Origin: a virus
DNA length: 64,000 nucleotides
Virus record (IMG/VR): IMGVR_UViG_3300030451_003654
Span: 1 to 64,000 of that record
Reading direction: 5' to 3' (one strand)
Shown: positions 1 to 8,358 of the stretch, in pieces
How positions within the stretch are numbered: position 1 is the stretch's first letter
How the letters are laid out: the number at the start of each line of letters is the position of its first letter
The notes under the pieces: model-generated
What the model was told of the DNA's origin: nothing
Seen by the model: only the letters and a program-made list of their open reading frames with translations
The model's database searches: none
Program-made: the position numbers and the translations under genes

Positions 1-2
1 AC

Positions 3-89
3 ATAGACCTAACAAATGTAATTGAACTAACAGATGAAACCAACCTACAAGGTGAAATAGCCTGTGCAGGTGGAACATGTGAAATCTAA
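3..89 (+). CDS. nrdJ: 3' end of class II (B12-dependent) ribonucleoside-triphosphate reductase, truncated by window start
   Basis: Manual translation gives IDLTNVIELTDETNLQGEIACAGGTCEI*. The C-terminal CAGGxCEI redox Cys pair is characteristic of monomeric class II RNRs. Confidence 0.8.
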   Translation: MDLTNVIELTDETNLQGEIACAGGTCEI

Positions 90-125
90 TACAATTTGTA
101 TTAGTAAATAAAGGGTAGCACGACC

Positions 126-134
126 TTATATAAA
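126..134 (+). promoter_or_regulatory. putative archaeal TATA box (TTATATAAA) upstream of the + strand accessory operon
   Basis: TTATATAAA lies in the only sizeable intergenic gap (90-186) before a long chain of overlapping + strand genes. Confidence 0.45.
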
Positions 135-186
135 TCTGATAAAAGTCAGGTTTTTTCAAAAAGTGCAAAAAAGAAGAAGTGATAGA

Positions 187-402
187 ATGAGCGAAAGCAA
201 GGATTATGAAAGCGAAGAAAAATATGAAGTGATAAGGGTAACTTCTTTGAAATCAAACGGTAGCGTTTGGACAAAGCAGTACGATAATGAAATTGATTGG
301 AATAAGGTAGTACCAATGTTGCTATCTAAGTTTCCTCATATTTTATTGAGTAAGCAAACATTGAAGCAAGACCCACTAACACACTTAATGAATATGGAGT
401 GA
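187..402 (+). CDS. hypothetical protein (about 71 aa)
   Basis: ORF track 163..402. ATG at 187 follows an AAGTGA RBS-like motif and the stop overlaps the next RBS. Confidence 0.6.
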   Translation: MSESKDYESEEKYEVIRVTSLKSNGSVWTKQYDNEIDWNKVVPMLLSKFPHILLSKQTLKQDPLTHLMNME

Positions 403-653
403 TTGAAATGCAAATGAAAGGAAAGAAAGCAGTAGAATTTAGATTGATAGAGAGCGAAGATTTACCACCTGTGGTAATTAAAAGGAACGAAACAGATAAT
501 GGTTGTGTAATTGTACTAAACCGAGCACATACTATTTGGCTTAGTTTGAATAGAAGTACAATTCCTGGAATTACACAAAGTTTAGCCGAAAAATTAAACC
601 AATTGTGTGATGGATATTTAGAACAGCAACTGTTTAATTCAGAAATGGAGTGA
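399..653 (+). CDS. hypothetical protein
   Basis: ORF tightly coupled to neighbours; likely true ATG at 408 after GGAGTGA. Confidence 0.7.
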   Translation: MIEMQMKGKKAVEFRLIESEDLPPVVIKRNETDNGCVIVLNRAHTIWLSLNRSTIPGITQSLAEKLNQLCDGYLEQQLFNSEME

Positions 654-1852
654 TTGAGATGGAAGATTTTATTGGACATTATATTGAAGGCGAACATAAG
701 CAAGAAATTAACATCAAAAGTGGTGCTTTGAATCAAGCACTAATTAGAAGATTGACAGAAATTAGCGTTTCTGATGATTGGGATGTAGCAAAACATGAAT
801 GGAGAGCAACAGGACAAGTATGGTATAGACCTTTAAGATATGAAGGTACTAATATTCAACAATTACCTGCACCTCATGGAGATAATCATCCTAATTATTG
901 TGTATGTGGACATCCAATTGCTTGGCATTTTGAAGTTGAGAATACCGAAAACAATACTTTGGAGATTCTTGGTAGTGAACATATTACTAATTGGATGATT
1001 ATTCGCCACTTGAAAGAAAACAAAGGTATTCCTGAAGATGCAATTACTGAAGAGAAGATAATTGAATGGATGAAAGAGGCAGTTAAAACTATGAAAGCCG
1101 AATGGTGGTGGAAAGAAAATGGTGAAGATTGGGAAGAAATGTTTAATGAAGTTAAGGATTTAGATATTAGAATTAATGTCCGTTCAAAAGGTAAATATTA
1201 CGACCACTCTACTAAAAGATATGAACCACACATGACTATTGCTAAAACAAGGACTAATTCATTAGGTAAAATGGCTTCTGTTGTTTGGCGTTGGAATCAC
1301 CCTGATAATCCAAGAAGACAAATTGATACAAGAGGTTATCCTAATGAACAATTATGGAGAGATGTTCAATTACTATTTGCTAAATCACAAAAGTTTGAAA
1401 AGTTTTTAGATGAAAAGATGGAAGAGGTTGAACAAAGAAAAGCGTATGTCCGTGAACAAAATCAAAAGGCTATGGAAATTGCTGAAGAACGAAGGGAGAG
1501 AATTAAAGAGGAGGCTAACAGAATTAGAGCCGAAACAAAAAGAGAATATGATAATACAGCATTAGCAGAAGCCTGTGAGTATTATGATATTCCTGTATTT
1601 TCAGTAGAAGATGCAAAGAATGATTGGGAACGAAGATTCTTGAATGATATGTCTAACAGAATTATTAGAAAGCAAACACTTTCTGTTAATCAGTTAAATG
1701 CACTATTAAGAATTATTGCACCTGCATTAGATGAAACACCTGCATCTGATAAACAACTAAGATATATTAAAAAATTAGGTGGAGAAGTTACAGAAAACAT
1801 GACAAAAAGCCAAGCAAGTGATTTGATTGGAGAATTATTAAGGAGAAATTAA
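650..1852 (+). CDS. hypothetical protein with CxCGH..H putative metal-binding domain, coiled coil and C-terminal 'QLRYIKKLGG..ASDLI' helical module
   Basis: Contains CVCGHPIAWHF...GSEHI, a charged coiled-coil stretch, and a C-terminal motif shared with the HNH protein at 19276. Confidence 0.75.
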   Translation: MIEMEDFIGHYIEGEHKQEINIKSGALNQALIRRLTEISVSDDWDVAKHEWRATGQVWYRPLRYEGTNIQQLPAPHGDNHPNYCVCGHPIAWHFEVENTENNTLEILGSEHITNWMIIRHLKENKGIPEDAITEEKIIEWMKEAVKTMKAEWWWKENGEDWEEMFNEVKDLDIRINVRSKGKYYDHSTKRYEPHMTIAKTRTNSLGKMASVVWRWNHPDNPRRQIDTRGYPNEQLWRDVQLLFAKSQKFEKFLDEKMEEVEQRKAYVREQNQKAMEIAEERRERIKEEANRIRAETKREYDNTALAEACEYYDIPVFSVEDAKNDWERRFLNDMSNRIIRKQTLSVNQLNALLRIIAPALDETPASDKQLRYIKKLGGEVTENMTKSQASDLIGELLRRN

Positions 1853-1853
1853 A

Positions 1854-3101
1854 ATGGGAGAAGCAGTATTTAGAATTAGACATGCAAGTGATGATAGAAA
1901 CTCTATCTTAGAAACTAAACTAACATCATCAGCATTTATGAGAGATAGAACAATTGATATTTGGGCACAAAGACAACGCCAAAATATTTCAAAAGAACCT
2001 ACAATTGAGAGTATTCACAATGCTCTTAAGAATACACTAAGAGTAAATCATCTTGTTAGAACAAGCGAGAAGTCAAGTATCTTTATGAGAGTAGGTAATT
2101 GTAAGTATCTTATTAACATGAGAAAGGTAGGTAATAGATATATGGCAAATGGTGAGTTTGCTAATCTTGATACTATCATGAAAGCCATTAGTAGAACCAT
2201 TATGCGTTCCGCTTATATTAATGGAGAAGGAGAAGAAGCACAAGAAGCATTAGATGATTATTTCTTTAGATGTATCTATGTTCCTGAAAATGTATCTTAT
2301 GCTATGGAAAATAGAGTACCATACAAATTCTTTGAAAGGACAAATGAAGGTGTTAAAGAAAGAAATACCCGTTTGTCTTTGATGAGAATTGCTGAGGATA
2401 ACTATGCACTTGAAATTAGTAGCGGTGTATGGGGAGAAATTAAGACAAGAGATTTGAATACTTTTATCAATTCCTATCTTTATAATAAAAGAACGGGTAA
2501 GTGGTATATGGTTTCACCTGCTGAATTATGGTTTAGAACTGTTGGCGAAAAAGCCACTCCTGCTCAAGTTAAAATTATGAAAGAATTTTTGAAGCAAAAT
2601 AGGAGAAGCGATTTGGCTGAACAAAGGGCTATGGAATTGTTTAATGATATGGTTAAGAAATACGATGTAGTTACAAAAGGTGTTTATTCAAGAAACGGTG
2701 AAGATGTTTTGGCTATGTTTGTTCGTGGTAAATATGCTGATTGGATGATTGTAGATAATCAATCTAAGAGAGGTATTCAAGATGTGAGCACATATGTTCT
2801 AACTACAAGAAATACCGAAAATGTAAATCCTGTAATTCCTAATGTAATAAATAATACTGATAAAGAACCTTATTGGGCAGGACCGATTTGTATTGATAAT
2901 CTTTCAAGTGGTGCTTCTGTTGGCGACCAATTTGCTGCGAGAGCATTTGCTTGTATGAATGATACTATGCTTGTTAAATTAGTTTCTACTGTTAGGCGAT
3001 ATATTCAAGAGCATCAAATTAATCAAGAAGATATAAGGTTGGATTGGGATGCCGTGTGTAAATTGTCAGTCGAAGCACCTGAACTTAAACAAAGAAATTA
3101 A
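1854..3101 (+). CDS. large hypothetical protein, candidate E2/UBC-like C-terminal domain
   Basis: IPNV-x9-AGPICIDNL (Cys346) resembles the E2 HPN[VI]..G.ICLD.L signature, and the gene lies just upstream of a ThiF/E1 gene. The CDS is secure; the function is inferred. Confidence 0.45.
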   Translation: MGEAVFRIRHASDDRNSILETKLTSSAFMRDRTIDIWAQRQRQNISKEPTIESIHNALKNTLRVNHLVRTSEKSSIFMRVGNCKYLINMRKVGNRYMANGEFANLDTIMKAISRTIMRSAYINGEGEEAQEALDDYFFRCIYVPENVSYAMENRVPYKFFERTNEGVKERNTRLSLMRIAEDNYALEISSGVWGEIKTRDLNTFINSYLYNKRTGKWYMVSPAELWFRTVGEKATPAQVKIMKEFLKQNRRSDLAEQRAMELFNDMVKKYDVVTKGVYSRNGEDVLAMFVRGKYADWMIVDNQSKRGIQDVSTYVLTTRNTENVNPVIPNVINNTDKEPYWAGPICIDNLSSGASVGDQFAARAFACMNDTMLVKLVSTVRRYIQEHQINQEDIRLDWDAVCKLSVEAPELKQRN

Positions 3102-3678
3102 TCTTCCTGTTTGTTCAGTTTGTGGTTGTATTCAGGCTTATAGAATATATGAGGTTAATGATATTCTACCTAATAAAAAGGTAGTAGTAAATGATTTAAC
3201 TTTGTTATTAAATGAATACGAGATTGAAGATAGAGATGAAGTTATTAAAAATGACAAATATATTTCTTATACTAATTTGTATTATAGTTATGATAGTGCT
3301 GAAAGGGCTGTGGCTATATTATATTACACAATGAGAGATTTAAATAAACCAGCAAATATGCGAACCTACTGTAAATTCTTAGGTTGTAAAGAAACAAGAG
3401 TTTCAAGATTAGCAAAAAAGATTGCAAGACATTATTCTAATTCTGGAGTGTTTGGTATAAATGATATTGACGAGTTTTTATCTAATATGGAAATCGAATG
3501 TGAGAAAGTTTCTGAAGCGTGTAAAATGTGGAATGAAACTCAAACATTAACAAGAGGCATTATTGCCGCATATGTATATGAATACACACCATATACTCAA
3601 AAACAAGTGTGTAAAAAATTTGGAGTTAGTTTGCCAAGATTGAAAAGAAACTTAAGGAAAGTGAGAAGAAATGAGTAA
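3049..3678 (+). CDS. tfb: viral transcription factor B (TFIIB/TFB)-like protein
   Basis: N-terminal Zn ribbon CVNC-x15-CSVCG, then two cyclin-like repeats (AVAILYYTMRDLNKP...; GIIAAYVY...TQKQVCKKFGVS) matching the TFB AAAxLY..R/TQxEVA pattern. Confidence 0.75.
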   Translation: MPCVNCQSKHLNLNKEINLPVCSVCGCIQAYRIYEVNDILPNKKVVVNDLTLLLNEYEIEDRDEVIKNDKYISYTNLYYSYDSAERAVAILYYTMRDLNKPANMRTYCKFLGCKETRVSRLAKKIARHYSNSGVFGINDIDEFLSNMEIECEKVSEACKMWNETQTLTRGIIAAYVYEYTPYTQKQVCKKFGVSLPRLKRNLRKVRRNE

Positions 3679-4228
3679 AAGAAATGTAATGATAATTGGT
3701 GCAGGTGGAATTGGAAGTTTTCTGATACCGCTTTTGGATAAAGTAGGAATATATGATATTACTGTATATGACCCCGACATTGTTGAGGAAAAGAATATCA
3801 CATATCAAAACTTTACTAAAGAAGATATTGAAAAGAAAAAGGTTGATGTAATGGATGAAAGATATAATGTATCTGCTAATCCTTATCCTGTTCTAACTGC
3901 TAATCAATTGAAAGGATATGATTTAGTTGTATGTTGTGCTGATAACTTAGATATTAGACGCACTATGTATAATTCAAATGTTAAATGGTTAGACCTAAGA
4001 GCACAAGCAAGAAACGCTGCTATGATTTCTTTCTTAGAAGATGCTAATTTGTATAATGTATTTACAAGTGGACCTGATGGTTCTTTTAGTTGTCAAGGAG
4101 ATACTTGGGAAGGAAAACCTGAAGGTGTTAATTTTATGCAAGTTGTAATTGCAGGTTATGGCGCACAATGGATGCAAAGATGGTTTAACGGAGATTATGT
4201 TGAAAAGCATTTTAGAATTAACGGGTGA
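3671..4228 (+). CDS. ThiF/MoeB/E1-like adenylyltransferase (minimal ubiquitin-activating-enzyme family)
   Basis: IIGAGGIGS Rossmann motif, DPDIVEEKN..Q, VVCCADNLDIRR and a downstream SC (candidate thioester Cys). It lacks the MoeB CxxC zinc pairs. Confidence 0.9.
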   Translation: MSKRNVMIIGAGGIGSFLIPLLDKVGIYDITVYDPDIVEEKNITYQNFTKEDIEKKKVDVMDERYNVSANPYPVLTANQLKGYDLVVCCADNLDIRRTMYNSNVKWLDLRAQARNAAMISFLEDANLYNVFTSGPDGSFSCQGDTWEGKPEGVNFMQVVIAGYGAQWMQRWFNGDYVEKHFRING

Positions 4229-4232
4229 TTAA

Positions 4233-4547
4233 ATGGATTATGTTGAATTGATTAGTAACGGTCATATTACTCCTATTATTTGTAATAAGTGTCCAAAAGA
4301 AGATAAGGTTGTAGATAGAGAATATTTTAGCGGAACAAGGAGTAAAGAAAATTTCCCTATGTCAATTGCTTTTATGTCGCCTATCTTATCTATTGGTTTA
4401 GATTGTACTTGTGATAAGTGTGGTAAAGAAGCAATCCATATGTATATGATTGACCCTTTGGAAAAGCATAACCTTTTTGAGAATACTAATTTTTCGAGAG
4501 AAGATTATCCATCAATGTATGAAGTAGATTGGAGTGAGGAAGAATGA
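4233..4547 (+). CDS. Zn-binding hypothetical protein
   Basis: CNKC ... CTCDKC motifs. Confidence 0.7.
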   Translation: MDYVELISNGHITPIICNKCPKEDKVVDREYFSGTRSKENFPMSIAFMSPILSIGLDCTCDKCGKEAIHMYMIDPLEKHNLFENTNFSREDYPSMYEVDWSEEE

Positions 4548-4687
4548 GTGAATATAAAGATTATACAAGAGAACAGTTAATTGCTATGTTAGAGGAATCA
4601 AATGATATTGTTGATGCAGTATCAAGTTTCTTAGGTGCGACTGTGGTTGCAGATTTATATATGAATCATAGGAGTGAGGAAGAATGA
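4531..4687 (+). repeat. 17-bp direct repeat GGAGTGAGGAAGAATGA at 4531-4547 and 4671-4687 flanking a microgene
   Basis: Identical copies read directly; variants at 4794, 5711, 10348 and 15548. Confidence 0.85.
4544..4687 (+). CDS. 47-aa microprotein (MSEYKDYTREQL...RSEEE)
   Basis: Manually read; ATGA overlaps at both ends with an identical GGAGTGAGGAAGAATGA junction. Confidence 0.65.
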   Translation: MSEYKDYTREQLIAMLEESNDIVDAVSSFLGATVVADLYMNHRSEEE

Positions 4688-4809
4688 AAACTTTGTTTAT
4701 AGGAATTATGGGAATGATTGTATTATATTGTATAGGTAGAGTATTGTACCCTGATATACAATATAAACCAATTCAACAAGAGTTAATTAAAATGGAGGAA
4801 GAAGAATGA
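4684..4809 (+). CDS. 41-aa small membrane protein (MKTLFIGIMGMIVLYCIGRVLYP...)
   Basis: Manually read; hydrophobic N-terminus and ATGA overlaps on both sides. Confidence 0.6.
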   Translation: MKTLFIGIMGMIVLYCIGRVLYPDIQYKPIQQELIKMEEEE

Positions 4810-5339
4810 ATTTCTTTTATATAGAAACTTGCCCTTTGGCTATTGCTAAAAGTCATAACAATACCCATTGTATAAAGATGATTTTAGAGTATGCACAAAT
4901 GCTATCTACGACTCATAGGGTTTTAGACCAATACTATGAAGAAGTAAATGGTGAGTATGTGTTTGTACCATTACCTAAAGATATGCAAATTCTTTACAAG
5001 ATTGCACATCTAAATCACCCAACGACAATTTGGGTTAGAGAATCAGTACAACATTACAATTTTATGTATGCTGTTTGGGAAGCATTGTGTGATGAATATA
5101 CTTATCGTTATGGTAAAGTGCATGAATCAGATAGTAAATTGAGAGAGTTGTTGAGAAACCCACCATCAAGATTAGAAGATAATGGATTTCAAGAACCACC
5201 TCAATGTATGCCTGATGAATTTAAAGTAGAAGGTGATAGTCTTCAAGCCTATCGCAACTTTTACATTCATGATAAAAAATTCAAAGGGTGGAGAAGTAAA
5301 TATAAGAAAAGAGAAAAACCTGAATGGTTGGTGATATAA
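4806..5339 (+). CDS. pyrimidine-dimer DNA glycosylase (T4 endonuclease V-related)-like protein
   Basis: MNFFY...H...KMILEYAQMLST.H, HLNHP..IWVRES, EY..RYGKVH and PPQCMPD motifs are typical of this phage family. Confidence 0.7.
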   Translation: MNFFYIETCPLAIAKSHNNTHCIKMILEYAQMLSTTHRVLDQYYEEVNGEYVFVPLPKDMQILYKIAHLNHPTTIWVRESVQHYNFMYAVWEALCDEYTYRYGKVHESDSKLRELLRNPPSRLEDNGFQEPPQCMPDEFKVEGDSLQAYRNFYIHDKKFKGWRSKYKKREKPEWLVI

Positions 5340-5539
5340 TGACAGAATGGAAATTAGGAGTAGGAACAGGAAATGCAAAATGTAGGGTATGTGGCAAACT
5401 GATTAAAGAAGGTCAGCCAAATATCAAAATAGTCAATTCAAGGATTAGTGGACAAATTCACTCTAATCCTTTTGACTGTGGAAAAGAAAGACAAGAACAA
5501 TTAGGATTTGAATATATAGGAGATGAAGAAGATGAGTGA
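5324..5539 (+). CDS. PARP-type-like Zn finger microprotein
   Basis: AKCRVCGKLIKEG...H....C; likely ATG at 5339. Confidence 0.6.
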   Translation: MVGDIMTEWKLGVGTGNAKCRVCGKLIKEGQPNIKIVNSRISGQIHSNPFDCGKERQEQLGFEYIGDEEDE

Positions 5540-5726
5540 TGAAATGAAGAATAGAAAGTATTGGGAGTGGTATGCAGACCATAGTAATATCGTAGCATTA
5601 TGCAGATTTTTACATGATGTAAAAGGTGTAAGTGTAGAAGATTTACTTTATGCTTTGGAGAAACCACATAAATATGAAGATGAATATAGAGAAATGTTAA
5701 AACATAATGAGGAGAGTGAAGAATAA
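5523..5726 (+). CDS. hypothetical protein
   Basis: ORF coupled to neighbours; ends EESEE. Confidence 0.65.
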   Translation: MKKMSDEMKNRKYWEWYADHSNIVALCRFLHDVKGVSVEDLLYALEKPHKYEDEYREMLKHNEESEE

Positions 5727-5807
5727 TGTTTGAATTATACTTTATCAAAATATTAGATGAATACAGAATTATGCCGTTTATTGGCGAATTTATAGGAGAG
5801 TGAAAAT

Positions 5808-6248
5808 ATGCAAACTTATGATATGAAATGGGAATGGAATGAATGCAAAGAAATGATTAGAGATATGTTTGATGGTGATTATCAAGATGACGAATTCCTA
5901 AATACTATTTGGGAAGTATCAACTGTATTACTTAACGGTCTTGAAGTTTCAGTTATTGTAGATGCTGATAATAAACTTTTTATTTCTAAGGGTACTGCAA
6001 GTTTTGTAGATTACAAAGATGAAAATGTTGTTGGTATGAAAATTCCTCTTAAGTGTTGGATTCATACTCACCCATTTGGACAAGCATATTTTAGTGGTAC
6101 AGATTGGAATACTATTAATTCTCAAATGCCTATCCTTAATTCAGCAATTGTACTTGGAGATATGGAGAGAATGAAATGGTGGAAAACACAGAATGGAACA
6201 CAAAGACTCGCAAAGATGACAATGGAAGAATTGTCAGAAGAAGAGTAA
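5808..6248 (+). CDS. JAB/MPN+ (JAMM) metalloprotease, deubiquitinase/desampylase-like
   Basis: Catalytic Glu in LEVSVIVD and a complete JAMM motif H-T-H-x7-S-x2-D (WIHTHPFGQAYFSGTD). Confidence 0.88.
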   Translation: MQTYDMKWEWNECKEMIRDMFDGDYQDDEFLNTIWEVSTVLLNGLEVSVIVDADNKLFISKGTASFVDYKDENVVGMKIPLKCWIHTHPFGQAYFSGTDWNTINSQMPILNSAIVLGDMERMKWWKTQNGTQRLAKMTMEELSEEE

Positions 6249-6607
6249 GGAAAATAAGATTTCCCGTATTATCTAATTTAGTAATTACTTGCCCTATATG
6301 TAGTGGACAAAAATGTAATGTTTGCAATCAAACAGGGGAGTATGAATTAGAATCAGAACCTTATGTGGAAATACAACAACCTTTGATAATCAAATATATT
6401 GTTGATAATATAGAATCAGTATCAAGTGAAATTCAAAGATTGTATGGTAAAACGCCTAATGTAGAAACATATATTGTAACTGATGAATACGAAATAATTA
6501 GAGTTGATTCTCTAAGTGGTTCGGTTTGGATTGCCTTGAACCTTAAAAAAGTTGAAAATCCAAAATACTTTTATAACAAGGAGAGTGTAGATAAATGGTT
6601 AGTGTAA
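6176..6607 (+). CDS. hypothetical protein with DnaJ-like Zn finger
   Basis: CPICSGQKCNVCNQTG; start uncertain (overlaps the JAB gene). Confidence 0.6.
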   Translation: MVENTEWNTKTRKDDNGRIVRRRVRKIRFPVLSNLVITCPICSGQKCNVCNQTGEYELESEPYVEIQQPLIIKYIVDNIESVSSEIQRLYGKTPNVETYIVTDEYEIIRVDSLSGSVWIALNLKKVENPKYFYNKESVDKWLV

Positions 6608-6882
6608 GAGAAATAAAAAGAATATTTGAAAAGATAGCCCCAGAAAGGCAATTGCCTTTACCTGCGATTATAGAATTTCAAACAAGAGCCGAAAAGATTT
6701 TGGAACAGTTTGCTGAATTGTGTAATTTAGAAGCAGGTGGAGATATGACAAAAACAAGATTGACTAAGAATCATGTGAAGTTAGCATCAGTTAATTTCAA
6801 TGATAGAGTAGTTGAAAGAAAAGAAGAAGAATTAGAATTTGGAGAATGGAATACAGGAGATGATGAAGATGCTATGGAATGA
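6595..6882 (+). CDS. histone-fold protein with acidic C-terminal tail
   Basis: Helix/loop pattern VREIKRIFEKIA-PERQLP-LPAIIEF...LCNLEA-GGDMTKTRLT-KNHVKLA aligns with archaeal HMf (RIIK..AERVS..A...RKTIK.EDIELA); tail EEELEFGEWNTGDDEDAME. Confidence 0.65.
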   Translation: MVSVREIKRIFEKIAPERQLPLPAIIEFQTRAEKILEQFAELCNLEAGGDMTKTRLTKNHVKLASVNFNDRVVERKEEELEFGEWNTGDDEDAME

Positions 6883-8356
6883 ATTTGCAAGAGTTAATGA
6901 AGAATTTATAGATATGACACCCACACAAATGGTAAAGTATTTTGATGATAACCCGATGGATAATGTTGAACAAATATTAAACCTATGGGCAAGAAACTAT
7001 CCTAATAACGGTGCAGGTGAAACAGGATTAATTAAGAGAGTTGCTGATAAATATAATGTTGATGCAGGTACTATTGAAACATTGGTAGAGATACATGGTG
7101 GATTAGGCGAAGCAATTGAAACATTATTTGGTGAGGCTGATGGTAATAGAGATATTACAGTAGCCGATGTTTATACTGCTCTACATGGAGAAGATATGAA
7201 TTCAGTATTTACTATGATTATGGAATGTTTTGATAATGTAGATTCTATGGGTAAGAAATGGTTAGCATCCTTTTTACTAAACGAAACAAGAAACAAATGC
7301 GGTAATAATGTCGTAAAGAAAATTCTTCAGAAGACATACGGTATTCCTGCAAGTGATATTAAGAAGGCTGTAAGTTTCCTACCTATTGAAGAAGTTATTT
7401 CTCAAGCAGTTAATAATGGTGCTTTAGTATATGTTCCCGAAGCAGGTAATTATATGAAGCCTATGTTAGCAAAAGGTGGAGATTTTGTAGTAACAAATAA
7501 GAGATTCTGTGATTACAAATATGACGGTATTAGAGCACAAATTCATCAAAACGAAGATGGTATTACTATCTTTAATAGAAAGGGTGATGATATTACATCT
7601 AAGTTTGAAAATGATTTGATTCCTTTGATTGAGAAAAATGCAGACCCTGTGGATTGGATTGTTGATGGTGAGATTTATCCTATTGATACAGAAGGCAACC
7701 CTGCTGAATTTAAAAATATCATGAGTCGTATTCATGGTAAGACTGAAGAAGTAATTTATCGCAACCCTGTAACTATTAAATTGTTTGATTGTTTGATGTA
7801 TGGTGGACAACCTGTATTTGAAGATGATTTAGATACCCGTTGGGAAACACTAAAAATGCACTTTGGTAATGAATTGATTGCTGATATGATAGAGGTCTAT
7901 AATCAAGATGAATTTTTGCAAGTCTATAATGATGCAATCGAGGCAGGATTTGAAGGGGTTATTGTAAAAGACCCTACTATGGCTTATGATTTTGGTGCAA
8001 GAAGTAAAGGTTGGTTGAAGTATAAACCTCCAATGGTAGATATTGATGTTATTATTACTGATGCTCATGCAGGTAAAGGTAGATTAACAGGACAATATTC
8101 TTCTTTTGATATTGCTATTAAAGACGGAGAAACATTAATTCCGTTTGGAAGAGTAGGTAGTGGATTTACAGAAGAGGACATAATGTTTTTAACCCGACTG
8201 TATAACCAAACAGATAGGGAAGATATTATTATCGAGGTCAAGGGTGATATGATTACCAAAAATGAATCTGGTGAATACGGTTTAAGATTCCCAAGATATG
8301 TTAAACACCGAGATGATAAAACAGAACCAACACAATTAGAAGAATTAGAGGTGTAA
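6839..8356 (+). CDS. lig: ATP-dependent DNA ligase (replicative)
   Basis: KPMLA, motif I KYDG.R, III VDGE, IIIa LFD, IV EGVIVK, V WLKYKP and VI LRFPRY; probable start about 6860. Confidence 0.95.
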   Translation: MENGIQEMMKMLWNEFARVNEEFIDMTPTQMVKYFDDNPMDNVEQILNLWARNYPNNGAGETGLIKRVADKYNVDAGTIETLVEIHGGLGEAIETLFGEADGNRDITVADVYTALHGEDMNSVFTMIMECFDNVDSMGKKWLASFLLNETRNKCGNNVVKKILQKTYGIPASDIKKAVSFLPIEEVISQAVNNGALVYVPEAGNYMKPMLAKGGDFVVTNKRFCDYKYDGIRAQIHQNEDGITIFNRKGDDITSKFENDLIPLIEKNADPVDWIVDGEIYPIDTEGNPAEFKNIMSRIHGKTEEVIYRNPVTIKLFDCLMYGGQPVFEDDLDTRWETLKMHFGNELIADMIEVYNQDEFLQVYNDAIEAGFEGVIVKDPTMAYDFGARSKGWLKYKPPMVDIDVIITDAHAGKGRLTGQYSSFDIAIKDGETLIPFGRVGSGFTEEDIMFLTRLYNQTDREDIIIEVKGDMITKNESGEYGLRFPRYVKHRDDKTEPTQLEELEV

Positions 8357-8358
8357 AT

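Noticed and set aside
187-402. Possible ubiquitin-like modifier for the E1/JAB module (beta-beta-alpha start VIRVTSL-GSVWTKQY-DWNKVVPMLL)
   Set aside because: Too short to complete a beta-grasp fold and no C-terminal or internal GG; no Ubl could be supported in this window.
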